Source: Patescibacteria group bacterium
GTDB taxonomy: Bacteria; Patescibacteriota; Gracilibacteria; UBA1369; PNNO01
Assembly: GCA_042568575.1 (NCBI GenBank)
Contig: JBHPIO010000003.1
Span: 32,001 to 96,000, forward strand
Length of the DNA: 64,000 bases
Reading direction: 5' to 3'
In this document: in pieces, positions 19,833 through 29,063 of the stretch
Layout: each line of letters begins with the position of its first letter
Position numbering within the stretch: position 1 is the first letter of the stretch
Notes under the pieces: generated by a model
What the model was told of the DNA's origin: nothing
Databases searched by the model: none
What the model saw: only the letters and a program-made list of their open reading frames with translations
Program-made: the position numbers and the translations under genes

Positions 19833-19878
19833 CTTTGAAAGAAGAGATTGCTTTCTCCTTTGCCGTATTTTTCGTGTT

Positions 19879-22338
19879 TTAAACTTCAGTGTAAATTACA
19901 GTTAGAAATAAATTGCTCCAGTCATCTTGTTTTATACCTATCCCTATTTCTTTCCATTGTGAGTTCAAAATGTCGCTTTCTTCTAAGAGTTTTTCTTGAA
20001 GAGTTTTCGCAGAACCTTCTTTTAAAATGTATGCTTTTCCTTCAGAAGTGATTCCATTGCTTTGGACTACATCAATCAGGTTTATACCAGATGGAGCGGT
20101 AAAAGAAAAGAAGTTTAGATTGATCATATCCGCACTCCATTCTCGGGATATATTTCGTAATTCGCTATTTAATATAAACGGAGCTTCTCGATTATTGTTA
20201 ACACCATTTAAAATTTCATATTCAAACTGCTCAAGATCGCCATCATTCCATGGAGCGTGCGAGAATTCTTCTGCAATAAATAAGTATCCAGAATCTCCTA
20301 AAGAAATTCCAAGTCCTACGTTGTCCCAGGTAGGATCCAAAACGTTTTGACGGTGTATTGCACTTCTCATTAGCGCTTTATGTGCGAAGTAAACTGTTGG
20401 AGCATGAGCAAGGTTTTCACCAACTTCTGTGGATATTCCATAATTTATTCTACGGTCGTCTGGGGTTTCTCCATCGAGATTGATGTGTGAAAAATAGTTC
20501 AGATCCCCCATGTCGTCGGCATGTGCTTGAGAAAGATTATTTAAATCATCTCGCATTGAAATACCAGAAAGTCCGTGTGATGCTCTTTCTTCATTTATGT
20601 ATGAAAGAAGCTCATTTCTGGAGCTTACAATGTGAAGTGATTCAGTAATTTCCATTGGATCCTGTAGATCGAAGAAGTCAGGAATAATAGGAATTCCATT
20701 ACCTATATATATAGGTACATTAACAACAGCTGAGCCGCCTTGATCATTTATCTCTAAAATATAAGTTCCTGTTTGTGCTGGCTTGTATGAGAAATTGAAA
20801 GATGAGTTTGCCGGAATTACGTCGTTTCCATAGTAATCAAGAAGTTGAGCTGAGGTGTGGATATCAAACATATCTATTGACCCGTCCGGTTTTATAACAG
20901 CACCTTCTGCGAAAATGTTTTCTTCAGTAAATCCAGATACAGAAAAAGTTTCTGTAGAGGTTAGAGTTTCCGGGAGTGAGTTGTATGTAAGTGCGTCATC
21001 AAGCGTTAATTTAAAATGATGCTTTACTCCTTTAAATGTTGTGTCGGCACTTTTGCCCCATTTAGATGAAAGCCGCACAGGAGCAAGTGAATCAGCTTGT
21101 GCTCCATAAACTCGCCATTTAATGTTATCTTCCTCGAATGTTTTAAAGTCGTTGTAGACGATTTCTAGAGTATCTACGTCGCGAACAAAATAAGATTCCA
21201 CATTGTTGTTCTGCATGAAGTAGATTCTGAATACGTCGTTTTGAGTTTTATTCCACGAAATTGTTGTAGCATCGTCTTCAAAGTCTATTGAAAGTCCGGA
21301 TGGAGTGTCTGAATTTGTTGCTGTCCCTTCTCCTGGGATTCCATCTAAAACATGAATAGGAGCAATTTTGCTTTCTCCATTATTTCCAGGAATTACACCT
21401 AACTGATACGTTCCGGCATTCCTGAATACCATCGGGATTTCAAAGCGATTACCACTAACTGTTCCTATAAAGTGAGTGTAATCATTTCCGCTTCCGTTAT
21501 CTTCCGCAAGAAAAGCAAAGATTGTATCGTAAGATCCACCATTAGTTATTTCGCCTTCCATAATGTATATCTCGTTTTTATAGAAAGTATTTGGAAGTGT
21601 ACTATCTAGCTCAATTTCGCTGAAGTAGTCAGAATTTATGGTAGAAAAATCTTCCGGATTATCAACATCCTGCACTTCATTAATTTTGTCTTCCGCTGTT
21701 TTATCTCCGCTATAGTTAATTACATCTTTTATAATAGTTTGATACATGAGCTGCGCCATATATCCTCTTGTGATTTCTTCACTTGGATTCAAAATGTTCG
21801 TTTCCGCAGTTAAAATTCCTTCTTCTTTGGCAAAATAAACATAAGGTGAGTACCACGTGAAACGGTAAGTGTCGTCGTAAGAGTTACTAGGAACTTCGGC
21901 AAGATCTAAGCGATCCCATTCTTGAACTTCGCCTAAAATTTTAAGTGCCTCCACTTTATTAATATGCTTTAGAGGTTGAAATGTCCCGTCAGGATATCCC
22001 TGAATCCATCCTTCGTATTTGGCTTTGCGAACGTAAGGTGCGTACCATTGGTTCTCATCTATATCAGGAAAACCACTTGCTGTATCGATATCCAGATTTA
22101 CTTCCGTTCCTTCAAGAACGATCTTCAAAAATTCGGTACGACTGATTGGTTGATCCGGACGAAATGTTCCGTCTTCATATCCCTGAACAACTCCATTTGA
22201 TTGAAGATAAGTGATCGCAATTTCGTTTGGATGCGTTATTGATACATCCGAAAATGTTGATCCAAACACCGTACTTGATTGAATAAAAAACACTATAATA
22301 ACGGGTACACTCAGGTACCTTAATAACTTTGATTTCAT
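19879..22338 (-). CDS. Secreted SLH-domain protein with C-terminal CAP (SCP) domains
   Basis: Signal peptide; GYEDGTFRPDQPISRTE SLH repeats; INEERASHGL...HADDM...YFSH...GENLA...SAIHRQNVL. Confidence 0.85.
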   Translation of the reverse strand: MKSKLLRYLSVPVIIVFFIQSSTVFGSTFSDVSITHPNEIAITYLQSNGVVQGYEDGTFRPDQPISRTEFLKIVLEGTEVNLDIDTASGFPDIDENQWYAPYVRKAKYEGWIQGYPDGTFQPLKHINKVEALKILGEVQEWDRLDLAEVPSNSYDDTYRFTWYSPYVYFAKEEGILTAETNILNPSEEITRGYMAQLMYQTIIKDVINYSGDKTAEDKINEVQDVDNPEDFSTINSDYFSEIELDSTLPNTFYKNEIYIMEGEITNGGSYDTIFAFLAEDNGSGNDYTHFIGTVSGNRFEIPMVFRNAGTYQLGVIPGNNGESKIAPIHVLDGIPGEGTATNSDTPSGLSIDFEDDATTISWNKTQNDVFRIYFMQNNNVESYFVRDVDTLEIVYNDFKTFEEDNIKWRVYGAQADSLAPVRLSSKWGKSADTTFKGVKHHFKLTLDDALTYNSLPETLTSTETFSVSGFTEENIFAEGAVIKPDGSIDMFDIHTSAQLLDYYGNDVIPANSSFNFSYKPAQTGTYILEINDQGGSAVVNVPIYIGNGIPIIPDFFDLQDPMEITESLHIVSSRNELLSYINEERASHGLSGISMRDDLNNLSQAHADDMGDLNYFSHINLDGETPDDRRINYGISTEVGENLAHAPTVYFAHKALMRSAIHRQNVLDPTWDNVGLGISLGDSGYLFIAEEFSHAPWNDGDLEQFEYEILNGVNNNREAPFILNSELRNISREWSADMINLNFFSFTAPSGINLIDVVQSNGITSEGKAYILKEGSAKTLQEKLLEESDILNSQWKEIGIGIKQDDWSNLFLTVIYTEV

Positions 22339-22467
22339 ATTAATTTGCTAAGGACGCTAATGCATAATAAGCCTGCTCTTACGAGGTGTCAAACATCTAT
22401 TTTTGACATAAATAACCGTTTTCATTACAATTTGTGAGACTGTTTAATTCTTTAACCTTAAAAGGAT

Positions 22468-23502
22468 ATGAAAGTATTTTCTAAGGTCACTCTATTTACT
22501 CTTGTTGCAGGGCTTCTAGCCTTCGGAGCAGGTTGTGGTGGGGAAGGTCTTCCAGCAGGTAAATCACCTGAAGATGTAATTACGGAAGCACTTCTCAACT
22601 CAGAAGAAGTGACAAAATCTGTCTTTGAAATGTCAGTAGTAGCTGACCTCAAGGGAGACGTTGATGGTGAAAAAAACGATCTTAAAGGAGAAATGAAAAT
22701 TTCTGGAACTAACGACGTAGATGCTGGAACAATGCAGATTGCATTTTCTGTAGACGGAAGCATGAATGATGATAGCGTTGAAGCTAGCCTTGAGTTACGT
22801 GCTAACAAAGATGGTGTATTCGCAAAAATTGGAAAAGTAAAAGTTTCTGACTCAGATGTTACAGAACTTATCGATGCACTTGATGAAGAAGGATACATTG
22901 GAGACTGGCTTAATCTTTCTTTCATTAGTTCAGAAGATCTTATGCAAGGTGGATTCGGTGAAGTTGATTATACTGAGGGAGACGATCTTCCATTCACAAA
23001 TATTGAATACAAAGGAACAAAAGACGTTCTAGGTATCAACAGTTATTATTTTGCAGCAGATATCGACAAAGAAATGTTTGTTGGAATGATGGAAACAGGG
23101 GATCTTGCAGATGCTGAAGAATTCTTCGACGCAGCAGAAATTAGTGGAGAAGTATACGTTGCAGTAAAAGAAAACCTTCTAACAGGATTTGCTGGAAAAA
23201 TGAAACTTGATGACAAAGAAATGAACGGAACAATGGATATGTCATTCATGATCAACCCAACAAAATCAAGCCCAGTATCAACACCAGATGCAAAGAAAGA
23301 AATCACTGAAGAAGACATTGCAATGCTAATGTTCGGAGGTGCAATGATGGATCCAGGTCTTGAACTAGACGATGAAATGATGGTTGATGATCTAACAGGA
23401 GAAACAATTCCTTACTTCGACGGTGAAGAAATCACTGACGAAGAAGCAATGAGACTCCTTGAAGAAATGGAAGCAGAGTTAGAAGCTTTAGAAGCTATCT
23501 AG
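22468..23502 (+). CDS. Acidic lipoprotein, hypothetical
   Basis: Lipobox-like LAFGAGC after a basic/hydrophobic leader. Confidence 0.8.
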   Translation: MKVFSKVTLFTLVAGLLAFGAGCGGEGLPAGKSPEDVITEALLNSEEVTKSVFEMSVVADLKGDVDGEKNDLKGEMKISGTNDVDAGTMQIAFSVDGSMNDDSVEASLELRANKDGVFAKIGKVKVSDSDVTELIDALDEEGYIGDWLNLSFISSEDLMQGGFGEVDYTEGDDLPFTNIEYKGTKDVLGINSYYFAADIDKEMFVGMMETGDLADAEEFFDAAEISGEVYVAVKENLLTGFAGKMKLDDKEMNGTMDMSFMINPTKSSPVSTPDAKKEITEEDIAMLMFGGAMMDPGLELDDEMMVDDLTGETIPYFDGEEITDEEAMRLLEEMEAELEALEAI

Positions 23503-23521
23503 TCACGCATTACGAAACATC

Positions 23522-23560
23522 AAAAAAAGGCCTTCTCGCGTGATGCGGGAGGGTCTTTTT
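23522..23560. terminator. Bidirectional intrinsic terminator
   Basis: A7-GGCCTTCTCGC-GTGAT-GCGGGAGGGTC-T5. Confidence 0.8.
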
Positions 23561-23625
23561 ATCTAAATTAGTCTGAGGCCCTTATTTATACTCGCTGGGC
23601 CTAAATGTACGAGTATTGACGGAGA

Positions 23626-23937
23626 CTATCCTGAGTCCACGTCGGCGGGGAAGATGCCAAATGTCTTGAACAGATTTGTCACGACACTTAGGGGCGTCTC
23701 CTTCTCGTTTACCCGCTCAGCTATGTTTACTTCCACATTGAAGCGATCAAACGATTTTATTGATCCACTACCCGAATTCACGGCTTCGAGGGATATAATG
23801 GTTACTATCCCCTCGCGTTTTTGTTCCGTGTTCTCTCCTTGGTGATGGGTCCATTCCACAACGTTATCTTTGTCGTCAACGATTGCGTACAGTTTCGCGA
23901 GGTCCTGAATCTTGAGAAAACTCAATTCGATGATCAT
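23626..23937 (-). CDS. Hypothetical protein (start revised to MIIELS)
   Basis: SD CAGGAGGAA before ATG 23937; upstream boxA-like GTCCTTTCACAA (23993-23982) and TTGACA-N16-TATGAT promoter (24048-24021). Confidence 0.65.
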   Translation of the reverse strand: MIIELSFLKIQDLAKLYAIVDDKDNVVEWTHHQGENTEQKREGIVTIISLEAVNSGSGSIKSFDRFNVEVNIAERVNEKETPLSVVTNLFKTFGIFPADVDSG

Positions 23938-24056
23938 ACTGTTCCTCCTGCAGATAATGTCTGCTGTAATGGATTCTTGGGTTGTGAAAGGACATAAATG
24001 ACACATAGCTAACTGCCTGCATCATACAATTAATCATGGGGGTGTCAAGCTTTTGC

Positions 24057-24767
24057 TTACTTATCCCAAACTGCGTTGAATTGTTTTAGAAGGATTTGAA
24101 CGATTTCTTTGTTGATGATTTCGATGCCGTACTGCTGATAAGTTGAACAAATGAAAGCTTTGCTCTCTCCAATAAACTGAATTGGCGTACATGCGGGAAG
24201 TGCTTTTAAATCTTCAATGGTGGAGACTTCAAATCGTTCCTGCTTTTTGTCTCCAAGAAGAATGAGTTTAATCTTTTTTTCGTTTTCAACAAATGCCGGA
24301 GCAAATCGCTGAAAAAATTTATGATGTTCTTTCGAACGCAGCGCCCAAATCGTGAGTTTTTGTTCTTTGATAACTTCATGAAAAATATTAGATATTCCGG
24401 TTTTGCTCGAATAGGATTTAACAGTTGGCATCACATGGTGCGGATGTTTCAGTGCTTCAAACGAAGGCAGCGACACAAGAATTTCTTCTTTATGGTAAGC
24501 GAGATTCCGCTTTTGTTCGTTGATATATGTGATTAGTTGTCTTGGCTCGACAGCCGTAAAATACCTGAGTTTATTTTGAATGAATTGGCAAACAAGCCCC
24601 TTTTTTACAAGCGATTCCAAAACTGAATATGCCGTACAACGATTAAGTTGTGCCTTTCGTGCGATAGTACTTGCCGGATGAGTTCCAATTTTTAAATTTG
24701 TACAATAAGTAATAGCTTCTTTCTCAGTTAACCCAATGTTTCTTAGCAATTCAATTAAGCTGTGCAT
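24057..24767 (-). CDS. TrmB-family helix-turn-helix regulator
   Basis: LRNIGLTEKEAITY...ASTIARKAQLNRCTAYSVLESLVKKGLV...YFTAVEP. Confidence 0.85.
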   Translation of the reverse strand: MHSLIELLRNIGLTEKEAITYCTNLKIGTHPASTIARKAQLNRCTAYSVLESLVKKGLVCQFIQNKLRYFTAVEPRQLITYINEQKRNLAYHKEEILVSLPSFEALKHPHHVMPTVKSYSSKTGISNIFHEVIKEQKLTIWALRSKEHHKFFQRFAPAFVENEKKIKLILLGDKKQERFEVSTIEDLKALPACTPIQFIGESKAFICSTYQQYGIEIINKEIVQILLKQFNAVWDK

Positions 24768-25232
24768 ATCACGTATTGTGAAGGAAAGGAGTGCATTAAA
24801 GTATATTTACCGAGTTTTGTAAAGGTGGTGGTGTTGGTATAGTGTGACAACAGGGCGTGATTTTGTTTTTGTAGCGCGATGGAGGGTGCTTTGGAAATTG
24901 CGCAAAAAAGTCGACTTGACCGATATTTAATGAACATAAAATTGGTGTTATTTTGCTCCTATTCATATTGTTTGAAAATTTTTGAGAGGCGTGTTGATTG
25001 AGTGTTGATTTGTTTATTTTTGCGAACATTTAGTGGGTATATATTGAAGTTGAAAGCACGATCATTATATGAGTAGTTAGAATATTGTGTAATCGCTTTT
25101 TGCAGCGGATTTTGGGTTGTAGCTAGTGGCGATTTTTGATAAAATTTAAATAGGATTAATTTTATTTAGATTAGGTTTATATTGTTTACTTGTGGGGTCC
25201 TCAAAGTATTTATTTTGTTAACCCCAATATTT

Positions 25233-26057
25233 ATGAACCTTTTAAAAATGACAGATTGTGAATTATATGAGTATTGCAGAGAGATCGGAGGAAAAGCGCG
25301 TTTATGGAAAAAAAGATTTGTGGCTACTTTGCCTGAAATTGCAAGGCGCGGAATTCATAAGAAGAAAGGATTTGCTACTATTACTGAGTTTGCTGCAAAA
25401 GTTGGTGGCGTTGGGAAGAAAACTGTAGAAGCTGTTTTTCAGGTAGAAAAAAGGATCAAGGACAAGCCTGCTTTAATGGAACTATTGCCAAAGGTGGGGG
25501 TTAATAAAGTAAGGGTGATTTCTAGTATTGCAACGAAGGAAAATCAAAAGGACCTGGCGGAAAAAGTTCAGACTATGTCTAAACCTGCTCTTGAATTATT
25601 TGCTCGATCACAGCGAGAAGGGATTAAAGGAATTGGTCAAGCTCCTCCCGGGAGGAAAAAACGAGAACATATAAGTTTTGGTGTAGACGAGAAAATTGCA
25701 CTCAAGTTACGTAAGTTCAAGCAAAGGATTGAAAAAGAAAGAAGGCAAGCAGTTGATTGGAATGAGGTAATGAAGGCGCTTCTTGAAAATGTTGAAGATG
25801 ATCAGGAAAGATGTGCTTTTCCAGATTGTAATAAACCGGCGGAAGAAATTCATCATCCTGAAAGATATTCGCTTACTAAAAGTCATGAAAACGTGAAGCC
25901 GCTTTGCAAAACTCACCATGAAATTGCTCATCATGGTTTGATTGAAAATGAGGAGGGCGATCCGACGACGTGGCGAATTCGAAAGCATGCGGATCGAAAT
26001 CATCCGAAGTTTTGGATTGATAGGAAAACGATAAAACACAAACAATTCAGTTTTTAG
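25233..26057 (+). CDS. Protein with C-terminal HNH-endonuclease-like domain
   Basis: CAFPDC...EIHH...ENVKPLCKTHHEIAH; start revised to MNLLK. Confidence 0.7.
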   Translation: MNLLKMTDCELYEYCREIGGKARLWKKRFVATLPEIARRGIHKKKGFATITEFAAKVGGVGKKTVEAVFQVEKRIKDKPALMELLPKVGVNKVRVISSIATKENQKDLAEKVQTMSKPALELFARSQREGIKGIGQAPPGRKKREHISFGVDEKIALKLRKFKQRIEKERRQAVDWNEVMKALLENVEDDQERCAFPDCNKPAEEIHHPERYSLTKSHENVKPLCKTHHEIAHHGLIENEEGDPTTWRIRKHADRNHPKFWIDRKTIKHKQFSF

Positions 26058-26101
26058 AATTTTTTTACAGAATTTTTAAATCACACGCGTATTGTTACGA
26101 T

Positions 26102-27580
26102 ATGAAAAGCATTTCTTTGAAAATATTTTGCTGCTTCTTCCTGGCGGGTGTGTTTCTTTATTCGACAATAGAAATATCTGCCTCGGTATTTTTTGTGATT
26201 CTGACTTGGAGTGTTTTCTTATGCTTCACCAAAAACAAAAAGCTGTTTTTTGTTGCGATTGCTGTTCTTGCGCTTTCAATCGGTTATTTAAGGGCTTTGT
26301 ATAATATCCCACAAGCACATGAAGGATTGATATCTTTCTACCATAACGAGAATCTTTTGCACATTTTTCAGGGAGAGATAGTTGCAAATCCAGATCGAAG
26401 AAGGGAGAAAGTTAACTATATCGTGGAGGCGCAAAGGATTTCTATTGATGGTCAATGGCGCGAAATCGATGGGCGTGTTTTGATTTCAAGCGATTTGTAT
26501 CCTGAATATAATTATGGTGATACTGTTGAGATATCTGGTTACATCATTGAGCCGGCGGAGTTTGATACGTTTTCTTATAAAGATTATTTGACGTTGTATT
26601 CGGTTTATTCGGTTATGTATCGACCGAGAATAAAACTTGTTGGTGAAGGCGGCGGTTCTTTGTTTTTTGCCTCTCTTTTTTCTTTAAAAGATGGATTTGA
26701 AGATAGATTGAATAAGCTTTATCCTGAGCCAATGGCGAGTTTTGAGGCGGGACTTTTAACAGGTTCAAGAAAGGGGATTCCTGATGATTTACTGAAAAGC
26801 TTCAACCTTACCGGGCTAACTCATATTATTGCGATTTCTGGGTATAATATCTCGCTTATCATTATCTTGATTTCATCTTTGCTCAAGAAGTTTTCGAGGA
26901 ATGTGAAAATCCCGATTGTGATAGTTTTTATTATTGTTTTTACTTTGTTTGTAGGGGCTTCGGCGGCTGTAGTAAGGGCTTCAATAATGGGAGTGATTGC
27001 GGTTTTGGCTTTGTGGTTTGGGCGGCAATCTCAAATTATAAGCGCTTTATTGTTGTCGGCGCTTGTCATGGTTTTTTGGAATCCACCCACACTTCTTTAC
27101 GATGTTGGTTTTCAACTTTCCTTTTTGGCGACGCTGGGATTGATTGTGAGTGGGAATTTTTTGCAGCGAATCTTTGCTTTTCTGCCTGCATCTTTTGGCT
27201 TTCAGGAAGCCTTTGCAATGACTTTGAGTGCGCAGGTGTTCGCACTACCTGTAATTCTCCTAAACTTTCAAAGGTTTTCACTAATTTCGCCAGTTGCGAA
27301 TGTCTTTGTTGTTCCGCTGATTCCGTTAGCAATGCTTTTTGGATTTATATCTGTCGTGCTCAGTATGGTTCATTTTTCTTTGGGATTTGTTTTTACTTTT
27401 CCTGCATGGTTTGTACTTAAAATATGTGTTTTAATAACACACTTTTTGGCAAACTTACCATTTGCATCTATGGAGACGCCATGGTTTTCGGTGTGGTTTC
27501 TTGTTGGATATTACCTCCTATTCATACTGCTTACCTATTTCGTATACCCATATTTTCGAAATGTTCTCAGGAGGGATTGA
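26102..27580 (+). CDS. comEC: ComEC/Rec2 competence protein (OB-fold plus Competence domain, no MBL domain)
   Basis: GLTHIIAISGYN, SAAVVRASIM and DVGFQLSFLAT motifs. Confidence 0.92.
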   Translation: MKSISLKIFCCFFLAGVFLYSTIEISASVFFVILTWSVFLCFTKNKKLFFVAIAVLALSIGYLRALYNIPQAHEGLISFYHNENLLHIFQGEIVANPDRRREKVNYIVEAQRISIDGQWREIDGRVLISSDLYPEYNYGDTVEISGYIIEPAEFDTFSYKDYLTLYSVYSVMYRPRIKLVGEGGGSLFFASLFSLKDGFEDRLNKLYPEPMASFEAGLLTGSRKGIPDDLLKSFNLTGLTHIIAISGYNISLIIILISSLLKKFSRNVKIPIVIVFIIVFTLFVGASAAVVRASIMGVIAVLALWFGRQSQIISALLLSALVMVFWNPPTLLYDVGFQLSFLATLGLIVSGNFLQRIFAFLPASFGFQEAFAMTLSAQVFALPVILLNFQRFSLISPVANVFVVPLIPLAMLFGFISVVLSMVHFSLGFVFTFPAWFVLKICVLITHFLANLPFASMETPWFSVWFLVGYYLLFILLTYFVYPYFRNVLRRD

Positions 27581-28123
27581 TGGCTCGATGTGAACGGGAT
27601 TCCATCCTTCTATGTGGAATGCGTATGAGATGATTTTTGCGCCTTTTTTGAGGTCTTTTTCGAATTTTGGGATGAATTTACGGAGAGTGTCTGGGAGCAT
27701 GTAGCAGACGATATAGTCTGTTCCTTCCAGGTTGCACAGTCTAAAGTCGCCAAATTTGATTTTTGCTTTTGATCGCCAGAATAATTGTCTGATTTTTGCT
27801 AGAAAGTACACTAGGGGTGAAAGTTCGTATCCAGTCGCTTTTGCTCCGTGTTTATTTGCAGCAAGATATGCGAGGCGTCCATCGCCGCATCCAATATCTA
27901 CTACGTTATCGTCTTTTTTGATTCCGGCAACTCTCATCATTCTTTTGCAGGCTTTCATTGGGGTTGGAACGAATGGTGCTCCGCCAATAAGTGCGACCAT
28001 TGTTGGAACCAACAGAAATAGGAACGAGAGTAGCATGAAAAGGTCTGGCATTCGTGGACTTGAGATTGCCATTACCCCGAACATGATACCGAGAATTACT
28101 GAGAAACTAAAGAAATCTAGCAT
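27518..28123 (-). CDS. Membrane-anchored class I SAM-dependent methyltransferase
   Basis: GAPFVPT, DIGCGDGR and GYELSP motifs. Confidence 0.88.
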   Translation of the reverse strand: MLDFFSFSVILGIMFGVMAISSPRMPDLFMLLSFLFLLVPTMVALIGGAPFVPTPMKACKRMMRVAGIKKDDNVVDIGCGDGRLAYLAANKHGAKATGYELSPLVYFLAKIRQLFWRSKAKIKFGDFRLCNLEGTDYIVCYMLPDTLRKFIPKFEKDLKKGAKIISYAFHIEGWNPVHIEPSIPPENISKIWVYEIGKQYE

Positions 28124-28124
28124 T

Positions 28125-28649
28125 TTATATTTTGTATAAATAAAGTGTTGGTGTTTTTTCTTTTGGATTTTTCTTGATGACTCTTTGTGGTTTGAGTCCT
28201 TGGATTTTGAATGTATTGCTCACGATTCGTGTTCCTTTTTTACATTCCTTTTTGAGTTTTTTTGCGAGTCTTTTAAGTTCATGTGGCATTAGGTAGCAGA
28301 AAATAACATCTGCTTTATCCAGTTTTTCTTTAAAGAAGTTTTTGAAATGGATTTTAGCCTTGGAACCATTCATTAATTTACGAATAATAGCCAAAATATA
28401 GACTAATGGCGCAATTTCGTATCCAACAGCATTAATTTTTCTTCTTTTTTCCGCTTCAATAAGCATTCTGGCGTCGCCACATCCAAGATCCATGAATGTT
28501 TCCCCTTTTTTTAGAGAAATTTCGTCAAGAACCTTATCCATAACATTCTTTTTGGTTGGAACATAAGGCACGCGCAAGACTATTCCTACAAGTGCGGTTG
28601 CTGTAAGTAAGAATACGAAGATCAAAAATATGAGTAGTATGATGTCCAT
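28125..28649 (-). CDS. Membrane-anchored class I SAM-dependent methyltransferase (paralog of the adjacent gene)
   Basis: VPYVPT, DLGCGDAR, GYEIAP and IVSNTF motifs. Confidence 0.88.
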   Translation of the reverse strand: MDIILLIFLIFVFLLTATALVGIVLRVPYVPTKKNVMDKVLDEISLKKGETFMDLGCGDARMLIEAEKRRKINAVGYEIAPLVYILAIIRKLMNGSKAKIHFKNFFKEKLDKADVIFCYLMPHELKRLAKKLKKECKKGTRIVSNTFKIQGLKPQRVIKKNPKEKTPTLYLYKI

Positions 28650-28722
28650 TTATTTGTTTTAAATTCATACCATTTTAGCACAAATATGGCATAATATAAA
28701 TGCATGATTTAACTTTTTACCT

Positions 28723-29058
28723 ATGATCGACTCATATAAGTTTGGATCCATTGAAATCGATGGGCAAAGATATCGTCACGATGTGATTGTTTACAAAGAT
28801 GAAGTAAGTGAATGGTGGCGTGAATCTGGCCATAATGTGACCATTGGAGATTTAAGTGAGGTTCCTCCAAAGATTGATATTTTTGTTATGGGAAATGGAG
28901 CCAGCAGCAGGTGTGCTTTTCCAGACGAGACAAAAGAGTATTTGGAGAAAAAGGGGATAGAGGTAATTGTGGAAAAAACTGGAGATGCTTTTAAGACGTA
29001 CAATAAGCTCGCCAAAGAAGGGAAAAATGTGGCTGGAGGATTTCATTTGACGTGCTAG
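28723..29058 (+). CDS. Mth938-like domain protein (DUF498)
   Basis: IDSYKFGSIEIDG and C-terminal FHLTC. Confidence 0.88.
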   Translation: MIDSYKFGSIEIDGQRYRHDVIVYKDEVSEWWRESGHNVTIGDLSEVPPKIDIFVMGNGASSRCAFPDETKEYLEKKGIEVIVEKTGDAFKTYNKLAKEGKNVAGGFHLTC

Positions 29059-29063
29059 GGTGA

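Noticed and set aside
24755-25029. Two short minus-strand ORFs upstream of the TrmB gene
   Set aside because: They overlap each other in an intergenic region and have no recognisable protein features
27518-28649. Tandem methyltransferases as a restriction-modification system with the nearby HNH protein
   Set aside because: Both are membrane-anchored with PF/YVPT motifs typical of small protein methyltransferases and lack DNA MTase catalytic motifs (DPPY/NPPY/PC)
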